Source of the DNA: Escherichia phage SHIN8
Sequence record: PP627280.1
Length of the DNA: 58,460 nucleotides
Direction: 5' to 3' (one strand)
Part shown: positions 56,181-58,460 of the stretch, piece by piece
Numbering within the stretch: position 1 is the first letter of the stretch
Layout: each line of letters opens with the position of its first letter
Translations under genes and position numbers: made by a program
Notes under the pieces: generated by a model
Database searches by the model: none
What the model was told of the DNA's origin: nothing
The model's input: the letters and a program-made list of their open reading frames with translations, nothing else

Positions 56181-56672
56181 ATGGAATGGTCTTCCATATT
56201 CACTTATTTGGATGGAAAGCTGTTCTGGAAAACTTCTAGAGGCGGTAGAGTTATACCAGGAGCACTTGCTGGTCATGCTACAAAGAGGGGTTACGTCAAA
56301 ATACGATGCGGTTGTAGTTTCTATCTAAGGCATCGCATAGTATGGGAAATGCATAATGGGTCCATTCCCGAAAATATGCAAATAGATCATATTAATCACG
56401 TTCCTGGAGATGATAGGATAGAGAATCTTAGATTAGTTACAAGTACATTAAATAATAGGAACGTAACCAGATCTAAGCTTAATAAGTCTGGTGTTACTGG
56501 TGTTTGCTATCACAAAAGAAATAAAAGATGGATAGCTTATATTAATACACAGGTCGGTCAAGTAAGACTTGGCTCTTTTATTAATTTTGAAGATGCTGTC
56601 AATGCTCGTAAAAATGCTGAGATTGTATATGAATACCACGAGAATCATGGAACTGAACGTAAGAGTTTTTGA
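56181..56672 (+). CDS. HNH homing endonuclease with AP2-like domain
   Basis: track ORF trimmed to ATG 56181; HRIVW...IDHINHVPGDDRIENLR HNH_3-type motif. Confidence 0.65.
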   Translation: MEWSSIFTYLDGKLFWKTSRGGRVIPGALAGHATKRGYVKIRCGCSFYLRHRIVWEMHNGSIPENMQIDHINHVPGDDRIENLRLVTSTLNNRNVTRSKLNKSGVTGVCYHKRNKRWIAYINTQVGQVRLGSFINFEDAVNARKNAEIVYEYHENHGTERKSF

Positions 56673-56916
56673 TGTTTTACCTTCACAATTAAACTGGAGG
56701 ATAAAAGATTTTTATAACTATGTCCAAGTGAACGATGATATTTTCTTCACTGATTGTGAGGAGGTAGCTATTGCGATTATTGATAGTCTGCAAACTAATG
56801 GCCTTGTTATCTTTTGGGATGGGGTTAACGATTACTCAGTATATTCAGAAAAGTATCTTGGCGAAGGGAACTCATTATTCGCTAAGTCCTGCGTTCTGGC
56901 ATTCCTTAATAGATAA
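56647..56916 (+). CDS. hypothetical protein
   Basis: internal ATG of track ORF 56569-56916; start uncertain. Confidence 0.3.
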   Translation: MELNVRVFDVLPSQLNWRIKDFYNYVQVNDDIFFTDCEEVAIAIIDSLQTNGLVIFWDGVNDYSVYSEKYLGEGNSLFAKSCVLAFLNR

Positions 56917-57001
56917 TCCGTCATATCCAATTCAGCTTGCTCCTCTTGATCAAAGCCTGTTAATATTATCAAGCCTAAATCAAGCGGAGGAGGCTTTATC
57001 T

Positions 57002-57439
57002 ATGGCACTTCAACCTCGTGGTATTCGTAATAACAATCCAGGCAATATTCGCTGGGGTGATAATTGGCAGGGCTTAGTTCCTGCTGATAAGCGAACCGAT
57101 AAATCTTTTGCTCAATTCACGCAACCGATTTACGGCATTCGTGCGCTAGCGAAAATCCTGACAAACTACACCAAACGTGAAGGCTTGCCCAATGTGGGTA
57201 AGAAAAACATCGACACTGTACGTGAAATTATCGCTCGCTGGGCACCGCCTAACGAAAACGATACGGAAGCGTATATTCGCTCTGTTGCCAAAGCAATTGG
57301 TGTTCAACCTAACGATCCAATTAATGTCTTCGACAAGGCAATTATGTCAGGATTGGTGAAAGCAATCATTCGTCATGAAAATGGCATGATGCCCTATACC
57401 GATGACGTAATTAACCGCGCTATTGCAATGGTACTTTAA
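57002..57439 (+). CDS. endolysin (putative peptidoglycan hydrolase)
   Basis: track ORF trimmed to ATG 57002 with GGAGGAGG RBS; conserved GIRNNNPGNIRW segment; directly upstream of holin and spanins. Confidence 0.5.
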   Translation: MALQPRGIRNNNPGNIRWGDNWQGLVPADKRTDKSFAQFTQPIYGIRALAKILTNYTKREGLPNVGKKNIDTVREIIARWAPPNENDTEAYIRSVAKAIGVQPNDPINVFDKAIMSGLVKAIIRHENGMMPYTDDVINRAIAMVL

Positions 57440-57443
57440 CTGA

Positions 57444-57466
57444 CGGGGCGTTAGCCCCTTTTATTT
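57444..57466 (+). terminator. putative intrinsic terminator between endolysin and holin
   Basis: GGGGC-gtta-GCCCC followed by TTTTATTT. Confidence 0.4.
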
Positions 57467-57475
57467 GGAGGGAAC

Positions 57476-57820
57476 ATGTTCAATTCACCCAACGAACATT
57501 GGGCAGTTCTAGCGGGGTTTGCGTTTATCTCCCTCATTGGGGGAGCTCTCGGTTATGTCATGCGTACAATAGACGCTGGTAAGAAAGTACGGGCAAGTAT
57601 TGCGTTTCTTGAAGGCTTATCCGCCGCTTTCTTTGGCGTTATAATGTATGCGATCTACAGGGAGTTTAACATCAGCCTTTGGTTCGCTTTTGGCCTTGCT
57701 GGCCTATTTGCTTGGGCAGGTTCACGTGCTACGCTAAAAGCCCTAACGTCGCTTATAGCTTCACGGACAGGGATCAAACTCGATTCAGGGGACTGCAAAC
57801 ATGAAAACGATTCTAAATAA
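57476..57820 (+). CDS. holin
   Basis: 114 aa, three hydrophobic helices, charged C-terminus; GGAGGG RBS. Confidence 0.55.
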   Translation: MFNSPNEHWAVLAGFAFISLIGGALGYVMRTIDAGKKVRASIAFLEGLSAAFFGVIMYAIYREFNISLWFAFGLAGLFAWAGSRATLKALTSLIASRTGIKLDSGDCKHENDSK

Positions 57821-58277
57821 CTTCTTCGGTTTTATAAAAACTAAACCGCGTCTGTTTATCGAGTATTTGATGATCGGCGCGGTTGTGTTTTTATGCGGGG
57901 TGGCTGCATACTTGTGGTCACAGAACGAGCTCAGCAAAACTAATTTAAATCATGCTGAGCAAAGACTAACCGTTGTAGAACGGGACAATGCAAAGCTGGG
58001 CGAAGCTGTTGTATTTCTTGCATCCCAACGGGAGAAGGATACTGAATCCTATCGAAAATTGGCTTCAGCAATTGAAAGTGAGCAACATAACCACAGGTTG
58101 CTTCAGGACAAATTAAAAGCACTGGAGAAAAGCAATGCCGACGTCAAAGCTTATCTTAATGAGCGTGTTCCTGATGATTTGCGCAGGCTGCTCGACGGAG
58201 ATACAACCTCCACCACCGCCGCAGATAGTGAAGATAAAACTTCCGGCCCATCTGTTGGTAGAATGTCGGGAAGTTGA
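57801..58277 (+). CDS. i-spanin (Rz-like)
   Basis: 158 aa; N-terminal transmembrane helix then coiled-coil periplasmic domain. Confidence 0.55.
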   Translation: MKTILNNFFGFIKTKPRLFIEYLMIGAVVFLCGVAAYLWSQNELSKTNLNHAEQRLTVVERDNAKLGEAVVFLASQREKDTESYRKLASAIESEQHNHRLLQDKLKALEKSNADVKAYLNERVPDDLRRLLDGDTTSTTAADSEDKTSGPSVGRMSGS

Positions 58278-58440
58278 TAAATATCCTTTGGTTTATACAA
58301 GGGATATTATCCAACGTTTGCAGGATACAGAAACAGCTCTGACTGAATGTAAACTGAGGGTTAAGGAAATCATACGCTATGAAGCTGAAAATGTTTCGCT
58401 TGATTTTGTAGGATCAAGCAATTATATTCAGCCTAAATAG
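58135..58440 (+). CDS. o-spanin (Rz1-like lipoprotein) overlapping i-spanin in +1 frame
   Basis: 101 aa; signal peptide with Cys at LMICAGC, PPPPP run; starts inside Rz. Confidence 0.55.
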   Translation: MPTSKLILMSVFLMICAGCSTEIQPPPPPQIVKIKLPAHLLVECREVDKYPLVYTRDIIQRLQDTETALTECKLRVKEIIRYEAENVSLDFVGSSNYIQPK

Positions 58441-58460
58441 CAATAAGAAAGGGGGCTTCC

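Noticed and set aside
1-58460. Searched by eye for tRNA genes, CRISPR repeats, integrase/attP and a CI/Cro-type lysogeny switch
   Set aside because: No cloverleaf-compatible conserved T-loop/D-loop segments, no regularly spaced repeats and no tyrosine/serine recombinase motifs were seen; a tRNA scan and profile search would be needed to exclude them

Overview
The window reads as a complete or near-complete ~58.5 kb genome of a virulent siphovirus-type tailed phage of enterobacteria. From memory its gene content resembles the 9g/CAjan-like phages that carry 7-deazaguanine DNA modification genes; no database search was run. Layout: a plus-strand morphogenesis module (terminase, portal, scaffold, capsid, tail, tape measure, J-like fibre; 1-19.3 kb), a few small plus-strand genes, a convergent terminator at ~20.83 kb, a long minus-strand block (20.8-50.7 kb) with DNA replication, recombination, nucleotide metabolism and a dpdA/folE/queD/queC/queE cluster, a divergent control region (50.7-51.2 kb), then plus-strand small early genes, an accessory cluster with two peptidase-like proteins, and a lysis cassette (57.0-58.4 kb). 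The last 20 bp carry a Shine-Dalgarno for the ATG at position 1, so the sequence is probably circularly linearised at terS. No tRNA, rRNA, CRISPR array, integrase or repressor/lysogeny module was recognised. Most worth a second look: the deazaguanine cluster with uncharacterised inserts, an HslV-like plus C39-like peptidase cluster, a perfect 111-bp in-frame tandem duplication in the tail fibre, a lipoprotein gene convergent on the fibre gene, two genes split by single-base homopolymer frameshifts, and several repeat-bearing non-coding regions. All functional calls are from motifs read by eye in the supplied translations. Gene starts are approximate because some ORF-track starts are GTG/TTG.
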